Shown piece by piece: positions 10,931 through 21,084 of a stretch of 64,000 bases of DNA (the first letter of the stretch is position 1; the number at the start of each line of letters is the position of its first letter). This DNA comes from Gemmatimonadota bacterium (lineage in GTDB: Bacteria; Gemmatimonadota; Gemmatimonadetes; Gemmatimonadales; GWC2-71-9). Location: NCBI GenBank assembly GCA_036679645.1, contig JAZDCY010000016.1, forward strand, positions 1 to 64,000, given 5' to 3'. The notes under the pieces are model-generated. The model was not told where the DNA came from, made no database searches, and saw only the letters and a list, made by a program, of their open reading frames with translations. The position numbers and the translations under genes were made by a program.

Positions 10931-11476
10931 CTACCATGTCCGATCCACTATCCCAGCCCGGCTATTCGCCAGCCGCGCAAGCGTAAACAACAGGTCCGAC
11001 AGTCTATTCAGATACACGACGATGATCGGCAGCACCGACTGTGTCGCCTGTAGCGCCACGACGCTGCGCTCCGCGCGGCGGCACACGGTGCGTGCCACGT
11101 GGAAGGCGGCGGCCTTTTGCGTCCCACCCGGCAGCACGAACGCGGTTAGCCCTTCGAGTTCCTCATCCGCCCGATCGATGGCGGTCTCCAACGTTGCCAC
11201 GCGATCGGCGTCGATATTCGCTTTCTCGAGGACCTTCGAGACCTTCTCCGGCTCGGGCGAAGCGAGCTGGCCCCCTATCGCGAACAGATCCCGCTGCACA
11301 CTCGTGAGCAGAGCCGCCTCGATGTCGGTCGGGTCGCACGCCATCGCAAAACCGAGCGCGGAGTTTAGCTCATCCACGTCGCCGTAGGCCGCAACGCGGG
11401 GATCGCTCTTGCGCACGCGGCCGGCGCCGAGGAGGGAGGTTTCGCCGGTGTCTCCGGTCTTGGTGTAGATCTTCAC
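10931..11476 (-). CDS. Cob(I)alamin adenosyltransferase, PduO type
   Basis: KIYTKTGDTGET, ARTVCRRAER and YLNRLSD motifs. Confidence 0.92.
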   Translation of the reverse strand: MKIYTKTGDTGETSLLGAGRVRKSDPRVAAYGDVDELNSALGFAMACDPTDIEAALLTSVQRDLFAIGGQLASPEPEKVSKVLEKANIDADRVATLETAIDRADEELEGLTAFVLPGGTQKAAAFHVARTVCRRAERSVVALQATQSVLPIIVVYLNRLSDLLFTLARLANSRAGIVDRTW

Positions 11477-11484
11477 TGTTGCAA

Positions 11485-11575
11485 GATGGCGGGAAGGCGG
11501 GATGGCGGGAAGGCGGTAGGGCCGCACGCCGTGCGCCCCTACACCTGTGCCCTTCCGCCATCCCGCCTTCCCGCC
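11485..11575. repeat. REP element flanked by inverted GA(T/A)GGCGG octamer repeats
   Basis: Four octamers, then GTAGGGCCGCACGCCGTGCGCCCCTAC (11516-11542), then CCGCCATC/CCGCCTTC. Confidence 0.75.
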
Positions 11576-11589
11576 CTATCATCCGTCCC

Positions 11590-12972
11590 ATGACACCACC
11601 ATCGCCGCTGCGCGTCGCCGTCATCGGCTCAGGTCCCGCGGCCTTTTTCACCGCTGACCACCTTCTCAAGAAGACCGACATCGACATCACCGTCGACATG
11701 ATCGAGCGGCTGCCGGCGCCGTTCGGGCTGGTGCGTTTCGGTGTGGCGCCGGATCACGAGAAGATCAAGAACGTCACCAAGCAGTTCGATCGCACGGCAC
11801 GAAAGGATGGGTTTCGCTTCTTCGGCAACGTAGATGTCGGGACCGACGTGTTGCTCGCCGATCTCGCGAGACACTACGACATGGTCTGTTATGCCACGGG
11901 TGCGCAGACCGATCGTCGGCTGGGTATCCCGGGTGAGGATCTTGCCCGCAGCCATCCCGCGACCGAGTTCGTCGCGTGGTATAACGGCCATCCGGAGTTT
12001 CAGGATAGGGAATTCGATCTGTCGGTCGAGCGCGTCGCCGTCATCGGTGTAGGGAACGTGGCGGTGGATGTTGCGCGCATGCTCTGCCGCACGGATGCCG
12101 AGCTCGGCACCACGGACATCACCGAACGGGCGCAACGTGCGATCGCCGCGAGCGGGATTCGCGAGGTCTACATGATCGGGCGGCGCGGGCCCGCGCAAGC
12201 GGCATTTACCAATCCCGAGGTGCGCGAACTGGGTGAGCTGGAAGGTGCCGATGTGCGGCTCGTGCCGGAGGAGATTGCACTCGACCCGTTGTCGCGAGCA
12301 ACTGTTGAACGCTCAGACGATCGCGCGCTGCGGAAGAAGCTCGAGATCCTCGATACACTTGCCCAACGCGCGCCCAGTGGGAAAGCGAGGACGCTTCATC
12401 TGCGGTTCCTCCTCTCGCCGGTGGAGCTTGTCGGCAACGACCGCGGCGAAGTCGCGCGTATGCGATTGGTGCGCAATCGGCTCGAACAGGATGGCGATCG
12501 TCTCCGCGCGGTGTCAACGGACGTGCACGAAGAATTGCCGGTGCAACTCGTCTTCCGATCGGTTGGCTACCGCGGCGTCGCGATTCCCGACCTTCCGTTC
12601 AACGAGAAATGGGGCACGGTGCCGAACCAGGCCGGTCGCGTGCTTTCCGACACGGGTGAACCGGTTCGCGGCGTCTACGTGAGCGGATGGATCAAGCGCG
12701 GGCCGAGTGGCGTGATCGGCACCAACAAGCCCGACGCGGCGGAAACGGTCGGGACGATGCTCGCCGACGCGGCGGCGGGAGCCATGCTGGCACCAGCCGA
12801 TCGCGACCCAGCCGCTGCCGCAGCCATGATCTTCGAGCGTCAGCCGAAGGCGATCACCTACGACGACTGGTTACGCATCGACGAGGCGGAAACGGCGAAC
12901 GGTAAGGCGGAAGGCCGGCCGCGAATCAAATTCACGACGATCGGGCGAATGTTATCGGTGGTCGGACGGTAG
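11590..12972 (+). CDS. Ferredoxin-NADP+ reductase (FprA/adrenodoxin reductase family)
   Basis: GSGPA, GLVRFGVAPDH, WYNGHP and GWIKRGPSGVIGTN motifs. Confidence 0.9.
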   Translation: MTPPSPLRVAVIGSGPAAFFTADHLLKKTDIDITVDMIERLPAPFGLVRFGVAPDHEKIKNVTKQFDRTARKDGFRFFGNVDVGTDVLLADLARHYDMVCYATGAQTDRRLGIPGEDLARSHPATEFVAWYNGHPEFQDREFDLSVERVAVIGVGNVAVDVARMLCRTDAELGTTDITERAQRAIAASGIREVYMIGRRGPAQAAFTNPEVRELGELEGADVRLVPEEIALDPLSRATVERSDDRALRKKLEILDTLAQRAPSGKARTLHLRFLLSPVELVGNDRGEVARMRLVRNRLEQDGDRLRAVSTDVHEELPVQLVFRSVGYRGVAIPDLPFNEKWGTVPNQAGRVLSDTGEPVRGVYVSGWIKRGPSGVIGTNKPDAAETVGTMLADAAAGAMLAPADRDPAAAAAMIFERQPKAITYDDWLRIDEAETANGKAEGRPRIKFTTIGRMLSVVGR

Positions 12973-12984
12973 GCGGACGTATCC

Positions 12985-13006
12985 GTAGGGGCGCACGGCG
13001 TGCGCC
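12985..13006. repeat. GTAG-type REP between convergent genes
   Basis: GTAGGGGCGCACGGCGTGCGCC. Confidence 0.7.
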
Positions 13007-13023
13007 GCAGACGGGCCCGCCGC

Positions 13024-14505
13024 CTACCGTCCCAACGTCACCACGACCGAATCGATCTGCCGCATCGCCGCATTGCCGTTGGTTGCGTGGTCGTTCACCA
13101 CCACTGAGAAAATCAGCGGCCCGCGGCGCGGATGTTCGATGTAGCCGGACAAACTGTTCACGTGTCGGATAGAGCCGGACTTCGCCACTATGCGTCCCTC
13201 GAGCGCTGTTCCGGCAAAACGGTCACGCAGAGAACCCACCGCACCCGATCGCGGGAGGGCGCGCAGGAACCCACCATTCGACGGATGCTTCCACATATAG
13301 AGCAGCAGTTGAGCAAGGGCGCGCGGTGACATCAGGTTGCTGGCAGAGAGGCCCGAGCCGTCGGTCAGACTGAAGGCGGTCGAGTCGATTCCCACCGATT
13401 CGATGAGAAACCGGCCCTCCACGTCCAGCCCCGCTTCCCACGATCCCTCACCCCCGATCTCCCGACCCAAGACCTTCAGGAGCATCTCTGCAAACCAGTT
13501 CTGACTCGAGTTGAGTATGGGAAATATGAGATCGTCGCGCGGGCGCGAGCTGAACGATACGAGGGCCGCCGCTTCGCGTGCATCTCTGTAGCGGAGGCTG
13601 TCGGTAGTGCTGAGAGTCGGGCCACCAACGCCAATGTGCCGCGCTGCAAGGGCGGCGCGGAACGCCTGTGCAAAGAAGAGGTTCGGGTCGGGCAGCGCGA
13701 AATGCTCGGTACGACCCCGATGGCCTTCGGCAACCAAACCCTCCGCCCAGATCTCCAGCGTTCCGGGTTTGCGGAAGAAATCGATCGACGTGCGCGTCCC
13801 CGACGGCGCCGTGCGTGTCCGGTTTTCAAAGAGGAAGTTTCCGAGGTCGGGCTCGAAACTGACCAGCGCCGGTGCCCCGACCGTCGGTCCGGGGCCCCAG
13901 TGCACGCCGATCGTGTTGTCGTTGAACCCCAGGGCTGACACGGGTGACGCGTACCACCAGTTTAGGTCGTAGTGTTCCCACGAAGGGTGAACGAACTCGG
14001 CGTCGAAGTAGCTCCCATCGGCTACGATCGCGCCCTCAATCTCTCTGACCCCGCGCGCAACTAGGCTGTCGGCCAGGGCGTTCATCCGTGACCACGTCCA
14101 CTCGCACGCACCGAGTGCGAGTGTGTCGGGGCCGTAGCACCGGGCCGAGAACGTGGGATCGCCCCGCCCGTAGATGATGAGGTCGCCTCGCAGCGTGCCC
14201 TCGTGGAGGGGCCCGGTCGCGTAGAGGCTGGTCCTGACGTGGTATCCCTCGGGGAGCAACGCGCTTGCGGCGGCGGAGACGACGAGCTTTGTGTTGGACG
14301 CGGGAACGAACAAGCGGTCCGCGTTGTGCTCGAACATCACACGGCCGGTGGTGTCCATCAGGATGACGCCCCACGTGGCGCGGTCGAAGGGCGGTGTGTC
14401 GAAGAGGCGGTTCACCCGGCCGGTGACGCCCCGCTGGGCGTGACAGGGAGGTGGGATCGAGGCTAAGATGGCGAGAGCCGCCACCGTCCCAACGGGGAGG
14501 CGCAA
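13024..14505 (-). CDS. dacB: D-Ala-D-Ala carboxypeptidase/endopeptidase PBP4
   Basis: PASNTK, SQN, DGSGLS and KSG motifs. Start codon is approximate. Confidence 0.9.
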   Translation of the reverse strand: MRLPVGTVAALAILASIPPPCHAQRGVTGRVNRLFDTPPFDRATWGVILMDTTGRVMFEHNADRLFVPASNTKLVVSAAASALLPEGYHVRTSLYATGPLHEGTLRGDLIIYGRGDPTFSARCYGPDTLALGACEWTWSRMNALADSLVARGVREIEGAIVADGSYFDAEFVHPSWEHYDLNWWYASPVSALGFNDNTIGVHWGPGPTVGAPALVSFEPDLGNFLFENRTRTAPSGTRTSIDFFRKPGTLEIWAEGLVAEGHRGRTEHFALPDPNLFFAQAFRAALAARHIGVGGPTLSTTDSLRYRDAREAAALVSFSSRPRDDLIFPILNSSQNWFAEMLLKVLGREIGGEGSWEAGLDVEGRFLIESVGIDSTAFSLTDGSGLSASNLMSPRALAQLLLYMWKHPSNGGFLRALPRSGAVGSLRDRFAGTALEGRIVAKSGSIRHVNSLSGYIEHPRRGPLIFSVVVNDHATNGNAAMRQIDSVVVTLGR

Positions 14506-14548
14506 CGGTACTCCTGGGCAAAAGTTGACAAGATGTCCTAACCCGCTG

Positions 14549-14577
14549 AACTTAAAGGAGTTATAGAATCTCGTCAA
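14549..14577 (-). promoter_or_regulatory. Possible sigma-70 promoter for dacB in the divergent region
   Basis: TTGACG-17 nt-TAAGTT on the minus strand. Confidence 0.35.
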
Positions 14578-14617
14578 TTTGACTCGCGGCCCCGGAGCCG
14601 CGTTTCGTTTCTCAAGT

Positions 14618-16825
14618 ATGGAGGAAGTTATCCGTTCGACGGTGTGCGCGGCCTTCGCGGCCGCGCTGGTTGGAGCGGTCGTGGCGCCGCTGGCAGCACA
14701 GGACGACCCCGGTTTGGGCCGCCCCGTCGTGCGCGGTTTGACCTTCGAGGGCAATCACGCCATCGACGACTATCTCCTTTCGATTTCGATCGCAACTACC
14801 AAGTCGACCGGTTTCTGGCAGACCTCTCCTGTGGTCCGCTGGATCGGGGTGGGGGGTCAACGGTTCTTTGACGAGCGCGAGTTCCGGCGCGACGTGCTCA
14901 GACTCCGCTTGCTCTACAACCAGCACGGCTATCTCGAGGCGCAGATCGACACGGTCGTCCACCGGTCCAACGGGAACGTCTCCGTGCGGTTCCTGATCTA
15001 CGAAGGCGAGCCGGTCCGCATCCGAACGCTCGAGGTGTCGGGAGTCGAGCGCATTCTCGGTGGGAAAGATCTCCGCGACCTCCCCCTGGCCGCCGGCGAT
15101 CCGTTCAACCGCCTGCTGCTGCAGGCATCGGCTGACTCGCTGAGCGTGTGGCTGCGGAACCGCGGGTATCCGTTCGCGGAGGTCTTCCGCAGCTTCGACA
15201 TGGATCGCGAGGCGCGGCAGGCGGACGTAGCCTTCGATGTCGAGCCGGGTTCCCGGGCACGGATCGCAAAGGTGAACGTCATTGGAGCCGAACAGATTGG
15301 TGATGGGGTAGTGCGGCGCATGATCCCGCTGCGGGCGGGGAACCTCTATCGGTTGGAAGATCTCTACGCCGCGCAGCGCAACCTCTACAACTCGCGCATC
15401 TTCAACTACGTCAGCGTGATGCTCGAGGATTCCCTCCCCGATGGTCCTAACGACTCCCTCGTCACCGTGCGCGTCGCGGTGACCCAGGGCGATCTGCACC
15501 GAATTCGCGCCGGCGTGGGTTTCGGGTCCATCGACTGTTTCCGCGGGCTTCTCGGATGGACGGCCGGCAATTTCATGGGTGGGGGCCGGACGTTCGATAT
15601 CACGGGACGGGTTTCAAAGATCGGATCGGGCGATCCGTTTTCATGGGGCTTCCAGAACAGCGTGTGCTTCGGGCTCGTGGACGAGCAGGACGAAGATCGT
15701 CTGGCGATCAACTACAACGTCACGGCGAGCATCCGTGAGCCGCGGCTCTTTATGCGTCCCCTGAGCGGCGTGCTGTCGATCTTTGCGGAAAGACGGAGCG
15801 AGCTGTCGGCCTATCTGCGCAGGGTCGTGGGCGGTGAGATGGCGGTGGCGTGGGCGACGCCCTGGAGGGTGCCGGTCACGTTCTCCTATTCGGCGCAGTA
15901 CGGTCGAACCGAAGCGGGTGACGCCACCTTCTGCGCGTTCTTGAACGTCTGCCGTAGCGAGGACGCCGCGCGCTTCCAGAAAGACGCCTTCGAATCGACC
16001 CTCGGTGTCGCGCTCGTGCGTGAACGGGCGAACTCGCCCCTCGACCCTACGCGAGGCAACCGCATCTCGGCTGAAGTGCGATGGGCATCCTCGGCCATTG
16101 GATCGAACGAGTTGGCGCAGTACACGCGCGCGGTCGGACAGATCGCCTCGTACCACCGCATTGGGCGCCGGGGTGTACTCGCGTGGCGCGTTCGCGTCGG
16201 TGCCATCTTCCCACCGCAGTTGAGCGCCATCTTCTCGCCGGCGCTGGGCCTGCAGGGGCAGAGCGTCGAGTTCGTGCCACCCGATGAACGGTTCTACGGC
16301 GGCGGGCCGAACAGCGTGCGCGGTTTCGGACAGAACGAGTTGGGACCAGTCGTGCGCGTGATTGAGGACTCGCCGGGCGACTCCGTTTTCATCCAGGACG
16401 CCAACGGGGTCCGGGACACGATCCCAGGCCGACGCTTCCGCACGACCTCACCGACGGGGGGAAATCAGCTCTACTTCGCGAATGTCGAACTCCGTGGCCC
16501 GCTCCCGGGTTTCGGGGGGCGGCTAACCGGGGCACTGTTCGTCGATGTCGGGCAAGTCTTTGTGCGCGGCGACTCGCTGGTGAGCCCGCGAGTCACGCCC
16601 GGGTTGGGGTTCCGCGTCGCGAGCCCACTGGGACCGGTGCGGCTCGACATCGCCTACAACCCGTACGATCCCCAACTCGGAGAGTTGTTCGATCTGGTCG
16701 TCACTAGCGACGAGAACGGTGAGATCACCAGGGAGCTCGTATCCAAGGGGGTCCAGCGGCCGGTGCGCGGCCGCGGACTGTTCGATCGGTTGCAACTGCA
16801 CTTCTCCGTCGGGCAGGCTTTCTGA
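14618..16825 (+). CDS. BamA/TamA-family outer-membrane protein
   Basis: Signal peptide, POTRA-like repeats, FYGGGPNSVRGF, GPVRLDIAY and C-terminal FSVGQAF. Confidence 0.88.
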   Translation: MEEVIRSTVCAAFAAALVGAVVAPLAAQDDPGLGRPVVRGLTFEGNHAIDDYLLSISIATTKSTGFWQTSPVVRWIGVGGQRFFDEREFRRDVLRLRLLYNQHGYLEAQIDTVVHRSNGNVSVRFLIYEGEPVRIRTLEVSGVERILGGKDLRDLPLAAGDPFNRLLLQASADSLSVWLRNRGYPFAEVFRSFDMDREARQADVAFDVEPGSRARIAKVNVIGAEQIGDGVVRRMIPLRAGNLYRLEDLYAAQRNLYNSRIFNYVSVMLEDSLPDGPNDSLVTVRVAVTQGDLHRIRAGVGFGSIDCFRGLLGWTAGNFMGGGRTFDITGRVSKIGSGDPFSWGFQNSVCFGLVDEQDEDRLAINYNVTASIREPRLFMRPLSGVLSIFAERRSELSAYLRRVVGGEMAVAWATPWRVPVTFSYSAQYGRTEAGDATFCAFLNVCRSEDAARFQKDAFESTLGVALVRERANSPLDPTRGNRISAEVRWASSAIGSNELAQYTRAVGQIASYHRIGRRGVLAWRVRVGAIFPPQLSAIFSPALGLQGQSVEFVPPDERFYGGGPNSVRGFGQNELGPVVRVIEDSPGDSVFIQDANGVRDTIPGRRFRTTSPTGGNQLYFANVELRGPLPGFGGRLTGALFVDVGQVFVRGDSLVSPRVTPGLGFRVASPLGPVRLDIAYNPYDPQLGELFDLVVTSDENGEITRELVSKGVQRPVRGRGLFDRLQLHFSVGQAF

Positions 16826-19800
16826 TGCGCAAGGCGTTCCGGTGGATCGGACTGGCGCTCGTGGCGCTCGCAGGCACCGCAATGGGATTGGCCGGCGCGG
16901 CCTTGGGCACGAATGCGGGGCGTGACGTCCTGGTGCGCACGGCGCTCGGAATCGCCAACGACGCGGTCCGCGGAACGGTGACCATCGAATCCTACGACGG
17001 ATCGCTCTTCGGAGGGCTCGAACTTCGAGGTATCCAGGTCGCCGACGAGAATGGAGTGCCGATCCTCGAGGTGGATCAGCTGGAGGTGCACTACCGTCTA
17101 GGGGATTTCCTGTCCCGTCGCATCGTGTTGGGCCAGGTCGTCCTCACCCGTCCACAGGTGACGCTGATACGGCCAGAGGGCAGGCGCTGGAACGTCGAAG
17201 AGCTGGTCGAGTCTACCGGCGGCGGTGGCCCGAATCCGCTTGTCGCGTTTCGCGATGTCGTGATCGTGGATGGCTACGTCTCCATCCGCCAGGGCGATCG
17301 CGTGCGCGAGATCGAGATTCCCGATCTGGCCGCCGCGTACGTGCGCCTCGCCTCACCGTTTCCGCGTGAGTCCGGCGTCCACATCGAACTAACTCGTCTG
17401 CGCGCCCGTATCTCGGACCCGGCACTGGATATCATCGATGCAGGTGGGCGCATCGATATCCACGGGGACTCACTGGCACTCGATCTCGACACGTTCAGGT
17501 TGCCGAATACGCTGAGCCCACTGCGCGGATTCCTGCGCACCTCAGGCAAGCTGACTTTCGACCTCGCGTTCGAGCCCGAACGGTTCGTCGGAGCGGACAT
17601 ACGCGGCCTGGTACCCGTTCTGCCCGCCGGTGTCGCCGGCACCGGCACAGCCCGCGTGGCAGTGGATCGAGAGGGTGTGTTGCGCTTCGAGGGCGACGAT
17701 CTCGACCTGGTGACGGCCGACGGGGGCAGGCTTGCCGGAAGGCTGGGCTTCACGGTGGGACCGGGCAACGCGTGGCGGGCGGACGCGGTCAACGTAATGA
17801 CGCAGGCGCTCGACCTCGATTACATCCGCCCGTTCATTGACACCATTCCATTTGTCGGGCGGGTCACCGGACGCACCGCCGCCGACGGCCCCAATGGGCG
17901 GCTCGACATCCAACTGGATTGGCGGTTCAGCGATGTCCGCGCGGACAGTGCGGAGACGCTGATCACGGGGGCTGGCATCGTGGCCCTCGGCGTCCCCGGA
18001 GATGAAGCCGTGTTCGAGGACTTCCGGATCGATACGGCGAGCATTGCGATGGCCACCGTGAAGGTGCTGGTACCCGCTGTGGCGCTCCGCGGCACGGTGA
18101 TGGCCACGGGAACCCTCAACGGTCCGTGGAAGAACGCCGAGTTCGCGGGCGACCTGTGGCACGTAGACGGATCCCTACCTATGAGCGCCGCGCACGGCTC
18201 ACTCCGTTTCGACGGCCAAGGGGACGTCACGGGGATCTTCTCGGATCTCAGCTTCGACTCGCTTCAGGTGGACGGCATCCGGCCAAGTTACCCCACCGCT
18301 GCCCTGGCCGGTGCCTACGCGGGTCGTGTCACGACTGACGGGTACCTCGATGCGTTGGCGGTCGCGGCTGATCTCTCGGGTCCGGCCGGAGCGCTCCGCG
18401 GGGGTGGGACCGTGGTGCTGCGGTCCCCGCGTCTCGGTATCCGGAACCTGGACCTCAACTTCTCAAACTTCACGCTCCACGCATTGCGTGGCCGGTTTCC
18501 GAATACCCGCACCTGGGGCCGCGCCACCGGCGATCTCGAGGTCGATTCGCTGGTGCATCCCGTGGTCGATCTCGAGGTGACGTTGGACCGGTCGCGGTTC
18601 AGTGGCGTCGCGATCGACAGCGCCAGGGTCAGGCTAGCGGCGCGTGACAGCCAGCTCGTCGTCGATACGCTCGCCTTTTGGGGACCCGGTGGCACTATCG
18701 CCGGGAGCGGCGCCGTCTCCCTCGCGGCTCCCCAGTCCGACAGCATCGTGTTTGAGGTCGCGGTCGACTCACTTGCCGAGATCATGCCACTGGCGATGCG
18801 CTTGGCTGGGCGGAACCCCGCCCGCCTGTCAGGTGACTCGCTCGCGGGCACGGCCTACGGAAAAGTGCTCGTGTACGGGGCGCTGGACAGTCTGGCGCTG
18901 AGCGCGGTTGGCGAGGCGCAGCGCGTGCGCTGGAACCGCGTGCGCGCTCCGACCATAGATGCGTCCGCGCTGCTCGGGATCCGGAATCGGCGGCTCGCGA
19001 TCGACGTGAGCGTCGACACGCTCATTGTAGGTGTGCTGGGGTTTTCGGGTATCGAGGGAACGATCGACGGGACCACGGATACATTCTCGTGGTTCTCTCG
19101 CGCACGTCTTGGTCCTGAGGGCTCATTCCTCGCTGGCGGGCAGGTGTCGCGGAGTGATTCCACACTAGGAGTGCGCCTCGATTCCCTGGCCGTGCTTCTG
19201 GTCCAGGATGTCTGGTTCCTCGGGGACGCGGGGTCGGTAACAGTGAACGACTCTGCCGTCACGATCAGCAACATGCTGTTCACGACCGCGTCGGGAGGTG
19301 GGCGTGTCGGGTTGGGTGGTGTGATTCCACTGCGCGGTCCCGGCAGTCTCAGCGCGACGATGGAAGGCTTGCAGCTCGACAACCTCTGGGCGCTGGCGCA
19401 GTTGGATACCGATCGCGCGTCGGGTGAGCTGAACGGGCGGCTCGACCTCGGCGGAACGGCACGCGCGCCGATCATCGATGCGGCAATCGGCTTGCGGGCC
19501 GCTCGGTTCGATGAGTTCAACGCGCCGCAAACGGAAGGCGAACTGCACTATCGTGACCGACGCCTGGGTGGCACCGTCACGCTTTGGGAAGGTGGAGGGG
19601 AGATCCTCAAGGTCGATGTAAGCTTGCCGCTAGATCTCGCCATTCGGGACGCTGGTCGCCGCCAACTTCCAGGACCGTTGACCGTTCGGGCAAACGCGGC
19701 CGGGGTCGATCTCGCGTTCGTGAGTGCCGTCTATCCGCTCGTGCGTCGGACCAGCGGTCGTTTCTGGGCCGATCTCGGGATTGCGGGGACGTGGGACGGT

Positions 19801-21084
19801 CCTGAGTTGACGGGATTCCTGCGCATCGAGGCGGGCGCGACGTCGTTGCCCAACCTTGGCCTGCGGCTCGAGCGCATCAACGGGGCGTTGAGTCTCTACG
19901 GTGACACGATCGGCGTCGACAGTCTCTCCGTACGGAGCGGCGGTGGCACCGCACAGCTCATGGGCTTCGTCCGGCTGGCCGGTCTCACGCGGCCCGAGCT
20001 GCATCTGGGCGTTCGCGCCCGGCAGTTCCGCGCGATAAACGTTCCCGATTTTCTGTCGCTCACCACGTCGGGGCAGATCGAGTTGACCGGGCCCGTGTTC
20101 GGGTCAGTCCTCACGGGCAGCGGCACGGTGACGCGCGGGGTCATTTACTTCGCCGATATCATCGAGAAGGAGATCGTGAGCCTCGAGGACTCTCTCCTGG
20201 ACTCTGCGACGGTCGCGCTCATTAGGCGCCAGGGTCTCGGGACCGCCTTCCAGAACCGGTTTCTCGACAGCCTTCGCATCGACAGCCTCCGGCTGCGGAT
20301 GGGATCGGATGTGCGGCTCCGATCGGGGGAGGCGGAGATCTTGCTCGCGGGAGACGTGACGGTCGGCAAGATCCTGGACCAATACCGAATTGACGGCGTG
20401 TTGCAGACGCCGCGCGGAACGTACAGCCTGCCGCTCGGGCCCACCCTTACGAAGGAGTTCGCGGTTACACGCGGTGAGGTGCGGTACTTTGGGACGCCAG
20501 ATCTCAACGCGGCGCTGGACATCGATGCGCGTCACCAGGTACGGAGCGTTCGTGGCGACATCGTGTCGGTATTCGTGCATGTCGGCGGTACGATCAACGC
20601 ACCCGCACTGACTCTGTCATCCGATGTACAGCCACCGCTTGCCAGCACCGAGATCATCTCGTACCTCGTCTTTGGGGCGCCGAGTGCGCAGGCGGCGGGT
20701 GGGGCTCTGGGGCAGTATGGCGTGGAGCAGTCCATCGCGAATATTGCCGGGCGTATCACCGGCCAGATCGGAAGCTCGCTCATCTCGGATCTGGGTATCC
20801 CGCTCGACTACTTCGAGATCCGGCCGAATCTCACCGGCGGGCTTGGAACGGAGGTCGTGGTCGGTCAACAGATTGGGGATCGGCTTTTCGTGACCCTGAA
20901 CCAACGCTTCTGCCCCAACCAAGCGTTCTCGTTCGATAACGTGGGTCTGAGCCTCGAACTCCGGATGAGTCGGTTGTGGCGTCTCTCTCTTGGTGCCGAG
21001 CCGCTCGTGAGTTGTTTCACCAGCATCACGCAACAGACCGCGCGGCAGCTCGGTGTCGATGTTCTCTGGGAGCGAAGCTATTGA
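16825..21084 (+). CDS. TamB-like translocation and assembly module protein
   Basis: 1419 aa with an N-terminal anchor and beta-rich body; C-terminal LNAALDIDA..GTINAPALTLSS resembles DUF490; directly follows the tamA-like gene. Confidence 0.82.
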   Translation: MRKAFRWIGLALVALAGTAMGLAGAALGTNAGRDVLVRTALGIANDAVRGTVTIESYDGSLFGGLELRGIQVADENGVPILEVDQLEVHYRLGDFLSRRIVLGQVVLTRPQVTLIRPEGRRWNVEELVESTGGGGPNPLVAFRDVVIVDGYVSIRQGDRVREIEIPDLAAAYVRLASPFPRESGVHIELTRLRARISDPALDIIDAGGRIDIHGDSLALDLDTFRLPNTLSPLRGFLRTSGKLTFDLAFEPERFVGADIRGLVPVLPAGVAGTGTARVAVDREGVLRFEGDDLDLVTADGGRLAGRLGFTVGPGNAWRADAVNVMTQALDLDYIRPFIDTIPFVGRVTGRTAADGPNGRLDIQLDWRFSDVRADSAETLITGAGIVALGVPGDEAVFEDFRIDTASIAMATVKVLVPAVALRGTVMATGTLNGPWKNAEFAGDLWHVDGSLPMSAAHGSLRFDGQGDVTGIFSDLSFDSLQVDGIRPSYPTAALAGAYAGRVTTDGYLDALAVAADLSGPAGALRGGGTVVLRSPRLGIRNLDLNFSNFTLHALRGRFPNTRTWGRATGDLEVDSLVHPVVDLEVTLDRSRFSGVAIDSARVRLAARDSQLVVDTLAFWGPGGTIAGSGAVSLAAPQSDSIVFEVAVDSLAEIMPLAMRLAGRNPARLSGDSLAGTAYGKVLVYGALDSLALSAVGEAQRVRWNRVRAPTIDASALLGIRNRRLAIDVSVDTLIVGVLGFSGIEGTIDGTTDTFSWFSRARLGPEGSFLAGGQVSRSDSTLGVRLDSLAVLLVQDVWFLGDAGSVTVNDSAVTISNMLFTTASGGGRVGLGGVIPLRGPGSLSATMEGLQLDNLWALAQLDTDRASGELNGRLDLGGTARAPIIDAAIGLRAARFDEFNAPQTEGELHYRDRRLGGTVTLWEGGGEILKVDVSLPLDLAIRDAGRRQLPGPLTVRANAAGVDLAFVSAVYPLVRRTSGRFWADLGIAGTWDGPELTGFLRIEAGATSLPNLGLRLERINGALSLYGDTIGVDSLSVRSGGGTAQLMGFVRLAGLTRPELHLGVRARQFRAINVPDFLSLTTSGQIELTGPVFGSVLTGSGTVTRGVIYFADIIEKEIVSLEDSLLDSATVALIRRQGLGTAFQNRFLDSLRIDSLRLRMGSDVRLRSGEAEILLAGDVTVGKILDQYRIDGVLQTPRGTYSLPLGPTLTKEFAVTRGEVRYFGTPDLNAALDIDARHQVRSVRGDIVSVFVHVGGTINAPALTLSSDVQPPLASTEIISYLVFGAPSAQAAGGALGQYGVEQSIANIAGRITGQIGSSLISDLGIPLDYFEIRPNLTGGLGTEVVVGQQIGDRLFVTLNQRFCPNQAFSFDNVGLSLELRMSRLWRLSLGAEPLVSCFTSITQQTARQLGVDVLWERSY

